From Spirochaetales bacterium (GTDB lineage Bacteria > Spirochaetota > Spirochaetia > Treponematales > UBA12059): a stretch of DNA of 64,000 nucleotides. The stretch is from positions 5,743-69,742 of the forward strand of contig JAFGNN010000046.1 of assembly GCA_016926955.1 (NCBI GenBank). Reading direction: 5' to 3'. Shown one piece after another: positions 52,196-61,453 of this stretch; positions within the stretch are counted from its first letter, which is position 1, and each line of letters starts with the position of its first letter. Below the pieces are notes generated by a model. It made no database searches and was not told the DNA's origin. It saw nothing but the letters and a program-made list of their open reading frames with translations. The position numbers and the translations under genes were made by a program.

Positions 52196-53053
52196 CTACT
52201 CTCCCGAAGGCTTCCGGCCGGTCCGAAACCCCAGCGCGTCCAGCAGGGCCGGATCGGCGCCCGCTTCGATGGCGAGGAAGTCGACGAGGACCGGATAGCG
52301 GTCGAGCAGCACGCCGTACCGTTCGAGGGTTTCCAGCCTGAGTTCGTCGCGCGCGCGGGAGGCCGCCTCCTCGGCGAGCAGCGATTCGGTCGAGGCGAGC
52401 GCGGCGTCCAGCCAGGCGCGATAGGCGTCCCGGACGAAGCGGTAGAGCTCCAGGTCGGGCAACTTGACGGCATCGACGGTGATCGAGAGGACCTCGATTT
52501 CCGGGACGGATTCCTCCACCTCCGCCTCGAGCGCGTCGATGGCGATCCGGGCGCCCGAAGGAAGGGCCTCCGCGAACTCCGGATCGGCCGCTCGACCGAC
52601 CATGGCGGCGGCGAGCGACTGCTTCGCCCGCTCGATGAGAAGTCCTAAGGCAGCGTCGAGGCGAGCCTGGTCGGGCGCCGTCCCGGACGCCACCAGGCCG
52701 GGCAGGGCCTCGCTCCGAAGCTTCACCGCGAGCGTCGCCTTGAGCGAGTACGAGAAGTCCGGTTCTCCCGGGGCAAAGGCGGAATACGCGTCGGCCGAGG
52801 GCAGCTCGCCGCTGCGCTCCACGACCGTCTCCCGCGGCACGAGGACGAATTCCGCGAGGCTCAGGTTGGTGGGAAGCAGCGCTTCCCAGCGCCAGGCGAA
52901 AGCTCCCGGGGCGAGGACAAGTTCCTCCACGCCGCCGGTCTTGGTCGTCACGACGCCCCAGGCGCCAGGATCGAGGCGGAAGGATACCCAGCCGACCATG
53001 AAGACGGCGGCTCCGCAGGCCACCACCAGGATGAACGATACGACCCGTTTCAT
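52196..53053 (-). CDS. Hypothetical membrane-anchored protein
   Basis: N-terminal TM segment VVSFILVVACGAAVFMVGWV. Coding-like bias. No confidently recognised family. Confidence 0.55.
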   Translation of the reverse strand: MKRVVSFILVVACGAAVFMVGWVSFRLDPGAWGVVTTKTGGVEELVLAPGAFAWRWEALLPTNLSLAEFVLVPRETVVERSGELPSADAYSAFAPGEPDFSYSLKATLAVKLRSEALPGLVASGTAPDQARLDAALGLLIERAKQSLAAAMVGRAADPEFAEALPSGARIAIDALEAEVEESVPEIEVLSITVDAVKLPDLELYRFVRDAYRAWLDAALASTESLLAEEAASRARDELRLETLERYGVLLDRYPVLVDFLAIEAGADPALLDALGFRTGRKPSGE

Positions 53054-53153
53054 GGGGCTGCCCCTCCGTCTCTTTCCATACGATGTTTATACCCCACACG
53101 GGCACCTGGCGCCAGACGATTCGCCGCGCTTGTCCGCCGCGACGGGCGGCGGT

Positions 53154-53519
53154 ATGGTATCGGTCATGAGCCTCACCCAAGGGGAACACGCCAAAACCCT
53201 GCTCGAAGTCGCGACGAAGCGCGCGGCCCTGTTTCTTGCCGGCCTGGATTTCGCGCTGGTTTTCCTGTACGTGGCCGGGAATGCCCAAGGCTTCCTCGAC
53301 GAGACCCAGTCCAATCTGGTCGACTGGGCCGGATGGGTATCCTGGGGCCTCGTGCCGGTGGCGCTGCTCGCGGGGTTCGCACGTGCCTACATGCCGACCA
53401 GGCGCGGCGAGGCTCCTGCTTGGTGGGCCGCGGCCGCCTGGCTGGCGCTTGGCGCGTTGGCCGCCGTCTTCGGCTTCCTCGCTTCGTTGCTGTCCGTGCT
53501 GGTCGCGGGGTTCGACTGA
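53154..53519 (+). CDS. Hypothetical small integral membrane protein (3-4 TM)
   Basis: ALFLAGLDFALVFLYVAG, WVSWGLVPVALLAGFA, AAAAWLALGALAAVFGFLASLLSVLVAGF. The start is ATG 53154 or 53166. The rest of listed ORF 52464..53519 is antisense to the preceding gene. Confidence 0.5.
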   Translation: MVSVMSLTQGEHAKTLLEVATKRAALFLAGLDFALVFLYVAGNAQGFLDETQSNLVDWAGWVSWGLVPVALLAGFARAYMPTRRGEAPAWWAAAAWLALGALAAVFGFLASLLSVLVAGFD

Positions 53520-53532
53520 GCCGCCGCTCTTA

Positions 53533-53562
53533 TTGACCCCCCGGAACGGGCGCGGCTATACT
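53533..53562 (+). promoter_or_regulatory. Sigma70-like promoter candidate for gltX (TTGACC-18-TATACT)
   Basis: TTGACC at 53533-53538 and TATACT at 53557-53562, about 55 nt upstream of the gltX ATG. Confidence 0.45.
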
Positions 53563-53618
53563 CGCTTCTCCAATCGTCCGCCGCGCCGGATAAGCGCGGC
53601 CATCGGGAGAACAGAGCG

Positions 53619-55097
53619 ATGCAGGTCCGGGTTCGCTACGCGCCTTCGCCCACGGGGCTCCAGCACATCGGCGGCGTCCGTACGGCGCTTTTCAATTACC
53701 TTTTCGCACGATCCACGGGCGGAAAGTTCATACTCAGGCTCGAAGACACCGACCGTTCGCGCTTCAGCCAGGAATACGTGCGGAACCTCTACGAAACCTT
53801 CGAATGGCTCGGCGTCAGGTGGGACGAGGGTCCCGACTCCGGCGGCCCCGCCGCTCCATACGTCCAGTCTGAGCGTTTCGACCTGTACCGCGAGCACGCG
53901 GAGCGGCTCGTCGGACTCGGTCGCGCGTACTACTGCTTCTGCGGCGAGGACCGCGTCGCCAAGTTCCACTCCGACGTGCAGGATGAGGAAGGCGGGGCGG
54001 AGGGCGCAAGCTTCGGCTATGACCGCCATTGCCGGAACATCGACGCGGCGGAAGCCAAGGCGCGTGCGGCCTCCGAGCGCCACGTCATCCGTCTCAAGAT
54101 TCCGCTCGGCGAGACGACGGAGTTCGAGGACCAGCTGCTCGGGAAGATCACCTGGAAAAACGAGGATGTGAATCCCGATCCGGTCCTCCTCAAGAGCGAC
54201 GGTTTTCCGACCTACCACCTCGCCAATGTAGTGGACGACCACCTCATGGGCATAACCCACGTGATGCGCGCCCAGGAGTGGATCTCCTCTACGCCGCTCC
54301 ACGTGATCATGTACCAGGCCTTCGGCTGGGAGCCGCCCGCCTTCTGCCATCTGCCCATGGTCATGGGGGAGGACGGCCGGAAGCTTTCCAAGCGCCACGG
54401 TGCCACCAGCGTCGACGAGTTCCGCAAGGGCGGCTACCTTCCGGAAGCCCTCATCAACTACGTCGGCATGCTCGGCGCCTCTTACGAGGACGGACGCGAC
54501 CTTTACCAGCTGTCGGACATGGAGCGACTCTTCTCGGTGGAGCACCTCAAGAAGGCTCCCGCGGTCTTCGACTACAAGCGGCTCGAATGGTTCAACGGAC
54601 AGTACATCCGGCAGAAGCCCGACGCGGAGCTCGCCGCCCTGGTCATGCCCTGGCTCGAGGAGGCGGGCATAGCGAAGAAAGCCGACGCGGCCTCCGAAGC
54701 CGCCGTGCTTGCCGCCATGCCTCTCGCCAAGGAGCGCCTCCATTACCTGCGGGACGCGCCCGCCGTCATGGGCTTCCTCTTCGATGAGCCTCCGGTCCCG
54801 GCGCTCGAGGAGTACTTTCCGAAAAAGTTCGACGCCGCCATGACGCGCTCGGCCCTGGCCGAGGCCCGCGCCCTTCTCGCCGCGCGCTTCCCCGCATCCG
54901 ACGAGGAGCTCGAGGAAGCCTATCGCGCGCGCGCCGCGGAGCTCGGTCTCAAGCTCGGCGACCTGCTCATGCCCCTCCGCGTGGCGGTCACCGGTTCGCG
55001 CGCGAGCCCGCCGCTTTTCGGCTCGATCCGCCTGCTCGGTCTGGAACGCTCCGTTGCCCGGATAGACCGCTCCCTGGACGCGCTTGCCGGGGCTTGA
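53619..55097 (+). CDS. gltX: Glutamate--tRNA ligase
   Basis: VRVRYAPSPTGLQHIGGVRTALFNYLFA (HIGH) and KLSKRHG (KMSKS). Confidence 0.96.
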   Translation: MQVRVRYAPSPTGLQHIGGVRTALFNYLFARSTGGKFILRLEDTDRSRFSQEYVRNLYETFEWLGVRWDEGPDSGGPAAPYVQSERFDLYREHAERLVGLGRAYYCFCGEDRVAKFHSDVQDEEGGAEGASFGYDRHCRNIDAAEAKARAASERHVIRLKIPLGETTEFEDQLLGKITWKNEDVNPDPVLLKSDGFPTYHLANVVDDHLMGITHVMRAQEWISSTPLHVIMYQAFGWEPPAFCHLPMVMGEDGRKLSKRHGATSVDEFRKGGYLPEALINYVGMLGASYEDGRDLYQLSDMERLFSVEHLKKAPAVFDYKRLEWFNGQYIRQKPDAELAALVMPWLEEAGIAKKADAASEAAVLAAMPLAKERLHYLRDAPAVMGFLFDEPPVPALEEYFPKKFDAAMTRSALAEARALLAARFPASDEELEEAYRARAAELGLKLGDLLMPLRVAVTGSRASPPLFGSIRLLGLERSVARIDRSLDALAGA

Positions 55098-55178
55098 GGC
55101 CCCTTCCTTGACGGCGGACGGCGCGGCGCGGCATAGTCACCCGTGCCGCGCCCCTGAAGCGCGGTAAGGAGTTCATCC

Positions 55179-56924
55179 GTGAGCGACGACATCATTCCCG
55201 CGGCGGCGTCAGGCGACGGCGCGGGCGAAGAGGCTTCGGACTTCATCCGCGCCGCCGTCCGGGAAGACCTGAGGAAAGGGCGTTTTTCCTACGTCCGGAC
55301 CCGCTTGCCACCCGAACCGAACGGCTGGATGCACATCGGCCACGCCAAGGCCTTCATGATCGACTATTACGTCGCCATGGATTTCGGCGGCCAATGCAAC
55401 CTGCGCTTCGACGACACGAACCCCGAGGCGGAGGACCTGGCCTTCGTCGAGGCCATCACGCGCGATTCGCGCTGGCTTGGGCTCGACTGCGGCGACGAGC
55501 GGACTTTTTTCGCCTCGGACTATTACGAAAAGCTTTACGAGCTGGCCCTGAAGCTCATCCGGAAGGGCGTCGCATACGTAGACGACCTCTCCGACGAGGA
55601 TATCCGCGTTTACCGGGGCACCGCGGTGCCCGACAAGAACAACATCACGCTCACTCCTCCCGGGAAGGACAGCCCCTGGCGGAACCGCTCCGTCGAGGAA
55701 AACCTCGACCTATTCGCGCGCATGCGCTCAGGCGAATTCGCCGACGGCTCGAAGACGCTCCGGGCGAAGATCGACATGGCGCATCCGAACCTCGTCATGC
55801 GCGATCCCGTCATGTACCGCATCAAGCGGGCGCCGCACTACCGGGTGGGGAACGAGTGGTGCATCTACCCGATGTACGACTTCGCCCACCCGCTCTCCGA
55901 CTCGATCGAGGGCATCACGCATTCGCTCTGCTCGCTCGAGTACGAGATCCACCGGCCCCTCTACGAATGGTTCATCCGCGAGGCCGAGACCTTCCCCTCG
56001 CGCCAGATCGAGTTCTCCAGGCTCAACATCACGCACACGGTGCTCTCCAAGCGCTGGCTCAAGCAGCTCGTGGAGGAGGGCCTCGTCGAGGGCTGGGACG
56101 ATCCGCGCATGCCCACCATCGCCGGGCTGCGCCGTCGCGGCTACACGCGCGAGGCCATCAAGGACTTCATCGACCGCATCGGCATCGCCAAGACCAATTC
56201 CATGGTCGACATCCAGCTGCTCGAGCACTGCCTCCGCGAGGACCTGAACCGCCGCGCGAACCGGGTCATGGCGGTGCTCGACCCCGTTGAGCTGCTCGTC
56301 ACCAACTGGAAAGAAACCGAGCCCGTCGAGCTCGAAGCGGTGAACAACCCCGAGGACGCTTCCGCCGGCACGCGGACCCTGCGTTTCGACGGGCGGCTTC
56401 TCATCGAACGGGACGACTTCGCCGAGAATCCGCCCCCAAAGTATTTCCGGATGTTCCCGGGCAACCAGGTCAGGCTCCGCTACGGCTACATCGTCACCTG
56501 CACGGGCTGCGAGAAAGACGCCGCGGGGCAGGTAACCCGCGTCCTCTGCGAATACCATCCTGACACGAGGGGCGGGAACGCGCCCGACAACCGCAAGGTG
56601 AAGGGGACCATCCACTGGCTGCGAGCGGCCGACGCCGTGCCGATCGAGGCGCGACTCTTCGACCACCTGTTCCTCGCCGAGCGCCCCATGGACGTGGAGC
56701 CGGGCAAGGACTGGAAGGAAGGGATCAACCCCGCTTCCTCCCAGCGCAGGAGCGGTGCCTTCGGCGAACCCTGCCTGGCTCTGGCGAAGCCCGGTGACCC
56801 GTACCAGTTCGAGCGCCTCGGATATTTCACGCGCGACCCCGCGGATTCCGAAGGCAAACCCCGTTTCAACCGCTCTGTGTCGCTCCGCGACTCATGGGCC
56901 AAGATCGAGAAGAAGCAGGGCTGA
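55179..56924 (+). CDS. glnS: Glutamine--tRNA ligase
   Basis: DFIRAAVREDL...TRLPPEPNGWMHIGHAKAF, VLSKRWL (KMSKS-type), and C-terminal beta-barrel anticodon-binding domains. GTG start preceded by TAAGGAG. Confidence 0.96.
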   Translation: MSDDIIPAAASGDGAGEEASDFIRAAVREDLRKGRFSYVRTRLPPEPNGWMHIGHAKAFMIDYYVAMDFGGQCNLRFDDTNPEAEDLAFVEAITRDSRWLGLDCGDERTFFASDYYEKLYELALKLIRKGVAYVDDLSDEDIRVYRGTAVPDKNNITLTPPGKDSPWRNRSVEENLDLFARMRSGEFADGSKTLRAKIDMAHPNLVMRDPVMYRIKRAPHYRVGNEWCIYPMYDFAHPLSDSIEGITHSLCSLEYEIHRPLYEWFIREAETFPSRQIEFSRLNITHTVLSKRWLKQLVEEGLVEGWDDPRMPTIAGLRRRGYTREAIKDFIDRIGIAKTNSMVDIQLLEHCLREDLNRRANRVMAVLDPVELLVTNWKETEPVELEAVNNPEDASAGTRTLRFDGRLLIERDDFAENPPPKYFRMFPGNQVRLRYGYIVTCTGCEKDAAGQVTRVLCEYHPDTRGGNAPDNRKVKGTIHWLRAADAVPIEARLFDHLFLAERPMDVEPGKDWKEGINPASSQRRSGAFGEPCLALAKPGDPYQFERLGYFTRDPADSEGKPRFNRSVSLRDSWAKIEKKQG

Positions 56925-56994
56925 ACGTTACCGGTGCGGCCAGCGGATCAAGGCCCGCCGGTGACGACCCGCGCCAAACGCAGGAGACTTCGAC

Positions 56995-57882
56995 ATGACG
57001 GCAACTACGACGCGAAAGCGCAGGCGGGGCGACCGCTACGACGGCAGGCTGATACGCACGCTCGATCCGCTTACCATGATGGTCCCCTTCATCATGAGAA
57101 CGCGGGGCGACGCGCAGAATTTCTTCGAGGACCGCGTCGAGATATCCCACGCGGAGCGCTGGCTTCGGGAGCAGCGGGACAAGGGCATCGGTGACATCGG
57201 CATACTGCACGTCATCATGGCCGCCTGCGTGCGCGCCTTCGCGCTGAGGCCCCGGGTGAACCGCTTCGTGAAGAACGGTCGCATCTACGCCCGGAACGAC
57301 CTGACGGTCTCGCTCGCCATCAAGAAGACGATCGACGAGGACGGCATCGAGACCACGCTGAAGCTCCATTTCGACCGCGCGGACACCATCTGGGACGTAC
57401 GGGACAAGCTCAACGCTGCCGTGTCCGAGAACAAGAAGATCGAAGCCGCGAATTCGACAGACAAGCTCGCCGGTTTTTTCGTTCGCATGCCGCCCTTCTT
57501 CCTCAAGGGCCTCGTCTCCTTCCTGTGGTTCCTGGATGACCACGGCTGGCTCCCGAAGGCGATCCATGCCGCCAGCCCCTTCCATACGAGCCTGTTCATC
57601 ACCGACCTCGGTTCGGTCGGCATCCAGTCCATCTACCACCACCTCTACGAATTCGGAACCACGAGCCTCTTCCTGGCTTTCGGATCGAAATCGCACGAGA
57701 AGGAGCTTGTCGAGGACGGCTCGGTCAGGACGCGGAAGCACCTTACCCTTCGCGTGAACACCGACGAGCGCATCGTGGATGGCTTCTACTACGCGAGCGC
57801 GTTCAGGCTCCTCAAGCGCCTGGTGACGCATCCGGAACTGCTCGAGGCCGCTCCCGAGTCGATCCCCGAAGACATCGACTGA
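56995..57882 (+). CDS. Stand-alone 2-oxoacid dehydrogenase E2-type acyltransferase catalytic domain (no lipoyl or PSBD domains)
   Basis: The C-terminal motif LTLRVNTDERIVDGFYYASAFRLLKRLVTHPELL aligns with the E2 consensus LSxDHRxxDG...FL...LExPxxLL. The N-terminus is basic (TTTRKRRRGDRYDGR). Confidence 0.78.
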   Translation: MTATTTRKRRRGDRYDGRLIRTLDPLTMMVPFIMRTRGDAQNFFEDRVEISHAERWLREQRDKGIGDIGILHVIMAACVRAFALRPRVNRFVKNGRIYARNDLTVSLAIKKTIDEDGIETTLKLHFDRADTIWDVRDKLNAAVSENKKIEAANSTDKLAGFFVRMPPFFLKGLVSFLWFLDDHGWLPKAIHAASPFHTSLFITDLGSVGIQSIYHHLYEFGTTSLFLAFGSKSHEKELVEDGSVRTRKHLTLRVNTDERIVDGFYYASAFRLLKRLVTHPELLEAAPESIPEDID

Positions 57883-57906
57883 GCCGGAGAGGGGTTACGG
57901 ACGTGA

Positions 57907-57948
57907 AAGAGCCGGTCGGAGGCGCTAGCCTCGACCGGCTCTTCTTTA
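57907..57948 (+). terminator. Hairpin terminator after the acyltransferase gene
   Basis: AAGAGCCGGTCG (57907-57918) pairs with TCGACCGGCTCTT (57931-57943) and is followed by a T-rich CTTTAT. Confidence 0.55.
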
Positions 57949-57990
57949 TGCGCCGGCCGGCATGCGCCAGCGGCGATAATGTTCCCCGAC

Positions 57991-58698
57991 CTACTTCGCG
58001 GAGCTTTTGCGAAGCTTGTCTAGCAGAGCCCGCGCCTTGTCCTTGACCGGTTTGATGTAGTTGCCGTCGGCGATGCGCATGATCATCCGGATGGCGGCGG
58101 CATCCTTGAGGGCGCCCGTCTCGTCGTGAAGAAGCTCCAGGGCGACGAGGGCCTCGAAGGCGAGGCTGTTGTCCGGCAGCAGGAGGTCGTACTTGTTGAC
58201 GAGGAAGGAGATGGCGGTCGTCACCTCGTCCCCTTCGTTGATGCCGATCTTGCCGAGTGAGCGGATGGCCGCGGAGATCACCATTGTCTCCCCGTCGGAC
58301 AGGGCGACCTTGAGGAGGGCGTCCTTGGACTCGACGCTCGGAAATTCGGCGAGGAGCTCGCAGGCCTTGGCCCGGACGTCCGGGTAGTCGTTGATGACAC
58401 GGCCGTAGCCGGCCTCCCTGATGGAGACCTGGGTGGTTTCGAGCGCGAGGTATTCGAGGGCCTGGCGGATCTCCTCGCCCTTCCGGCCTTCGGCGATCGC
58501 CTGCTCGATGTACTGGAGGGCCACGAGTTTCATGTCCCTTCCGTCGGCATGGGCTTGCTCGCGGATGATGAGGGTCTCCAGGGTCTCCTGGAGATAGGCT
58601 TCCTCGACGGTTTTCTCGCCCGTCGTCTGGGCGATGGCCGGCAGGGCAAGTGTCGCGCAGAGCGCGAGGACGAGGAGCGCGGAGAGCCTGGACTTCAT
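57991..58698 (-). CDS. Secreted HEAT/armadillo-like repeat protein
   Basis: Signal peptide MKSRLSALLVLALCATLALPAIAQ. Repeated helical units containing VRAKACELLAEF and ISAAIRSLGKIG, which are HEAT_2-like. Confidence 0.68.
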   Translation of the reverse strand: MKSRLSALLVLALCATLALPAIAQTTGEKTVEEAYLQETLETLIIREQAHADGRDMKLVALQYIEQAIAEGRKGEEIRQALEYLALETTQVSIREAGYGRVINDYPDVRAKACELLAEFPSVESKDALLKVALSDGETMVISAAIRSLGKIGINEGDEVTTAISFLVNKYDLLLPDNSLAFEALVALELLHDETGALKDAAAIRMIMRIADGNYIKPVKDKARALLDKLRKSSAK

Positions 58699-59252
58699 GG
58701 TTGCCTCCCGATACTAATTTTCCACGTGTCGCCGTATTTTGCAAGCTCGTAGAGGACGAGCCGTTCGCCTTTCGGCGTGACGGTGATCGCCTTCACGCGG
58801 TCGGCCGCCACGAATTCGATGTCGTCGACCCTGTCGAACTGTCTTGAAGGATAGACCACGTACAGGAAGTAGTCGAGGAGCGTCGTCAAGGTAATGCCCT
58901 GGCGCTGGAGGGTTTTGGCCTTGGAAAGTTCCTCGAGGACCGGAGGGCGGGAAAAATGCTCCACGTACTCTTCGCTCAAGCGGGAAAGCCAGGCGTCATA
59001 GTCCTTCCGCCGGATGATGCCGTTGAGCTCCTCGATCAGGATCCTGACGCTCAGCAGAGCGTCCTGGCGTGCTTCTTCCGGTACCGAGGAGGCGTCGAAG
59101 GCCTCCGGTTCGATTGTCCGTGGCAGGTCCTCGCCAGCGTCGACCGGGGCTCCGGGCAGGGGCCTGGGAGCGCCGGGGCAACCCGAGAGCGTGGCTACGG
59201 CCGCGAGGACGGCGAGAAGAACGGGGACGGATCTTTCGAAACGGGATGACAT
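58695..59252 (-). CDS. Lipoprotein of unknown function
   Basis: I chose ATG 59252. Lipobox ATLSGC. The stop overlaps the downstream gene's start (ATGA). Confidence 0.62.
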   Translation of the reverse strand: MSSRFERSVPVLLAVLAAVATLSGCPGAPRPLPGAPVDAGEDLPRTIEPEAFDASSVPEEARQDALLSVRILIEELNGIIRRKDYDAWLSRLSEEYVEHFSRPPVLEELSKAKTLQRQGITLTTLLDYFLYVVYPSRQFDRVDDIEFVAADRVKAITVTPKGERLVLYELAKYGDTWKISIGRQP

Positions 59253-59352
59253 GGACGAATTGTACTCCCGTCGGGCGAGGGCTGTCAAAACCAGTCGAAG
59301 CGCGGACTCGCGAGGGCGCCCTGCCGCGGGGCGGGGACGCGAGCGTTTTCGT

Positions 59353-59381
59353 TTGAAGATTCCCGCGTCATGGTTTATCAT
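59353..59381 (+). promoter_or_regulatory. Sigma70-like promoter candidate for galK-surE (TTGAAG-17-TATCAT)
   Basis: TTGAAG at 59353-59358 and TATCAT at 59376-59381. Confidence 0.35.
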
Positions 59382-59458
59382 CCCTGCGAAACCTATAGGA
59401 TAAGCGAGGCGGCAACGTCTCGATCCGTCGCCCCCAGGAGGCGGCGCAGCAAGGCTGG

Positions 59459-60604
59459 ATGATGAAAGACGTCGCCGCACTGCACCAGGCCGAGTTCGAC
59501 ACGCCGCCCGACGTGGTCGTGAGCGTACCTGCCAGCGTACGGATACTTGGCGAACACACCGAAGATTCCGAAGGGCTCGTCCTGTCGGCCGCCTTCGGCA
59601 TGCGCCTGTCAGTCGCGGTGTCGTTCCGCAGGGACGCCGCCCTGCGTTTCCACGCGCTCGACCTCGGCGAACGCAAGCGTACCACGATGGCGAACCTCAA
59701 GTACAAGCGCGAGGATCGTTGGGCCAACTACCCGAAAGGCGTGTGTTCCACCCTGGCGGAGCGCGGCCTGGCCACGCGAGGGTTCAACTTCACCGTCTCG
59801 TCCGACATCCCGCAGGGCATCGGGCTCGGCTCCTCGGCGGCTCTCTCCGTGGCGAGCGCCGCGGCTTTCGACGCGCTCTACGGCCTAGCCCTCGGCGACC
59901 TGGGAATCGCGGAGCTGGCGCGCGAGGCCGAGACCATCTTCATGGGCAAGCAAGTGCCCGCCTCGGAGCACCTGGTGCCCGCGCTCTCGAGGCCCGGAAC
60001 CCTGCTCGCCATCGACGCGCGCTCGGGCGCAAAACGCCTCGTACCCTACGCTTTCGAGGAAGCCGCCCTCGTGCTGACCGACAGCCGGGTGCCGAGGCCG
60101 GTCATCGACGCGGAGATGGAGCAACGGGCGGACGACTGCCGCAAATGCCTCGCCGCCCTCGGTTCGCGAAGGGGCGGCAAGACCCTCCGAGACTTCGGGC
60201 TCGACGATCTCGAAGAGCTGATGGGCGTGCTCCAGGAGAGCGTCCGTCGACGCTGCCTGCACATCATGGAAGAGATGCTGCGGGTGGGAGAGGCCGAGGA
60301 CGCCCTCGCGCGCGTCGATCTCGCCTCGTTCTCGCGGATCGTCAACAAGAGCCAAGCCGGCCTGCGCAACCTCTTCGAGATTTCCTGCCCGGAGGTCGAT
60401 TGGCTCGCCAAGCGGGCGCTGGAGATCGATGGCGTGCACTGGTCCCGCCTTACCGGGCGCGGCTTCGGCGGGTGCACTCTGACGGCCATGCGTCCGTCCG
60501 CGGCGGCGGATTACCGCTCGCGCCTCGAGGAGTATGAGCGCATCTTCGGCTTCCGGGCGGCCGCCTGGGACGTGGAGCTGGATGGCGGGATCGTGCTGGC
60601 CTGA
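59459..60604 (+). CDS. galK: Galactokinase-like GHMP kinase
   Basis: VRILGEHTEDSEGLVLSAA (a variant of the GEHTDY signature), GHMP motif PQGIGLGSSAALSVA, and C-terminal GRGFGGCTL. Confidence 0.82.
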   Translation: MMKDVAALHQAEFDTPPDVVVSVPASVRILGEHTEDSEGLVLSAAFGMRLSVAVSFRRDAALRFHALDLGERKRTTMANLKYKREDRWANYPKGVCSTLAERGLATRGFNFTVSSDIPQGIGLGSSAALSVASAAAFDALYGLALGDLGIAELAREAETIFMGKQVPASEHLVPALSRPGTLLAIDARSGAKRLVPYAFEEAALVLTDSRVPRPVIDAEMEQRADDCRKCLAALGSRRGGKTLRDFGLDDLEELMGVLQESVRRRCLHIMEEMLRVGEAEDALARVDLASFSRIVNKSQAGLRNLFEISCPEVDWLAKRALEIDGVHWSRLTGRGFGGCTLTAMRPSAAADYRSRLEEYERIFGFRAAAWDVELDGGIVLA

Positions 60605-60711
60605 GGCGGGGCGCGCTTGCCGCCAGAGGCCCTCGACGATAGTATGCTTCGCGAGGCGTCCCGCCAGCCGTGTACCCGCGGGACGGCCAGGACGACGGAG
60701 GCACCGCACTA

Positions 60712-61449
60712 ATGAAACTGCTCCTCACCAACGACGATGGATACCAGAGCGAGGGAATCAAGGTTCTCGCCGAAACGCTCGCCAGGGATCATGAGGTCTT
60801 CATATTCGCCCCGGATTCGGAACGCTCGGGGATGAGCCACGCCATGTCGCTGCGGACCCCGGGTAAGGTGCGCCGCAGGGCGGAGCGCGAGTATTCCTGC
60901 TCCGGCACGCCCGCCGACTGCGTAATTTTGGCCGGATTGGGCGCTATACCTTTCCAGCCCGACGCGGTCGTCTCGGGTATCAACCGCGGGCCGAACCTGG
61001 GCACCGACCTGGTCTATTCGGGCACCGCGGCGGCGGCCCGTCAGGCTTCCATGCACGGGTTGCCCGGCATCGCGGTTTCCCTCGCCACCTACGAGCCGCC
61101 CTTCGAGTACCTGCCCGCCGCCCGCTTCATCGCCCGGCACCTTCCAGAACTCCTCGCCCTCTGGGATCCGGAGGTGTTCGTCAATGTCAACGTGCCGCCG
61201 CTTCCCGCCGACGGGCTTCCGGAGGGCGTTACCGCCTATCCTAGCCGCCGACGCTACCGGGACAAGCTTCGCTCCTTCGAGGCGCCCGACGGTTACTCGT
61301 ATTGCTTCCTTGCCGACGGCAAGGTGGAGACCGATCCATGGGACGAAGGCGACGAGGCCGCCATCCGCGCAGGCAAGGCCGCGGTGAGCCGGGTGCTCGT
61401 CTATCCCGCGGTACCCGGCGATTTCAGGGCCGGAATCGCGTTGGGGTAG
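60712..61449 (+). CDS. surE: 5'/3'-nucleotidase SurE
   Basis: MKLLLTNDDGYQSEGIKVLAETL, SGINRGPNLGTDLVYSGTAAAA. Confidence 0.93.
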   Translation: MKLLLTNDDGYQSEGIKVLAETLARDHEVFIFAPDSERSGMSHAMSLRTPGKVRRRAEREYSCSGTPADCVILAGLGAIPFQPDAVVSGINRGPNLGTDLVYSGTAAAARQASMHGLPGIAVSLATYEPPFEYLPAARFIARHLPELLALWDPEVFVNVNVPPLPADGLPEGVTAYPSRRRYRDKLRSFEAPDGYSYCFLADGKVETDPWDEGDEAAIRAGKAAVSRVLVYPAVPGDFRAGIALG

Positions 61450-61453
61450 GGCG

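Noticed and set aside
49614-53288. Giant 1224-aa ORF on the minus strand
   Set aside because: Only the last 451 codons (from ATG 50969) encode a recognisable protein, the CCA-adding enzyme. The rest is Arg/Gly/Pro-rich nonsense antisense to or overlapping the TPK, HIT and membrane-protein genes, a typical high-GC artefact.
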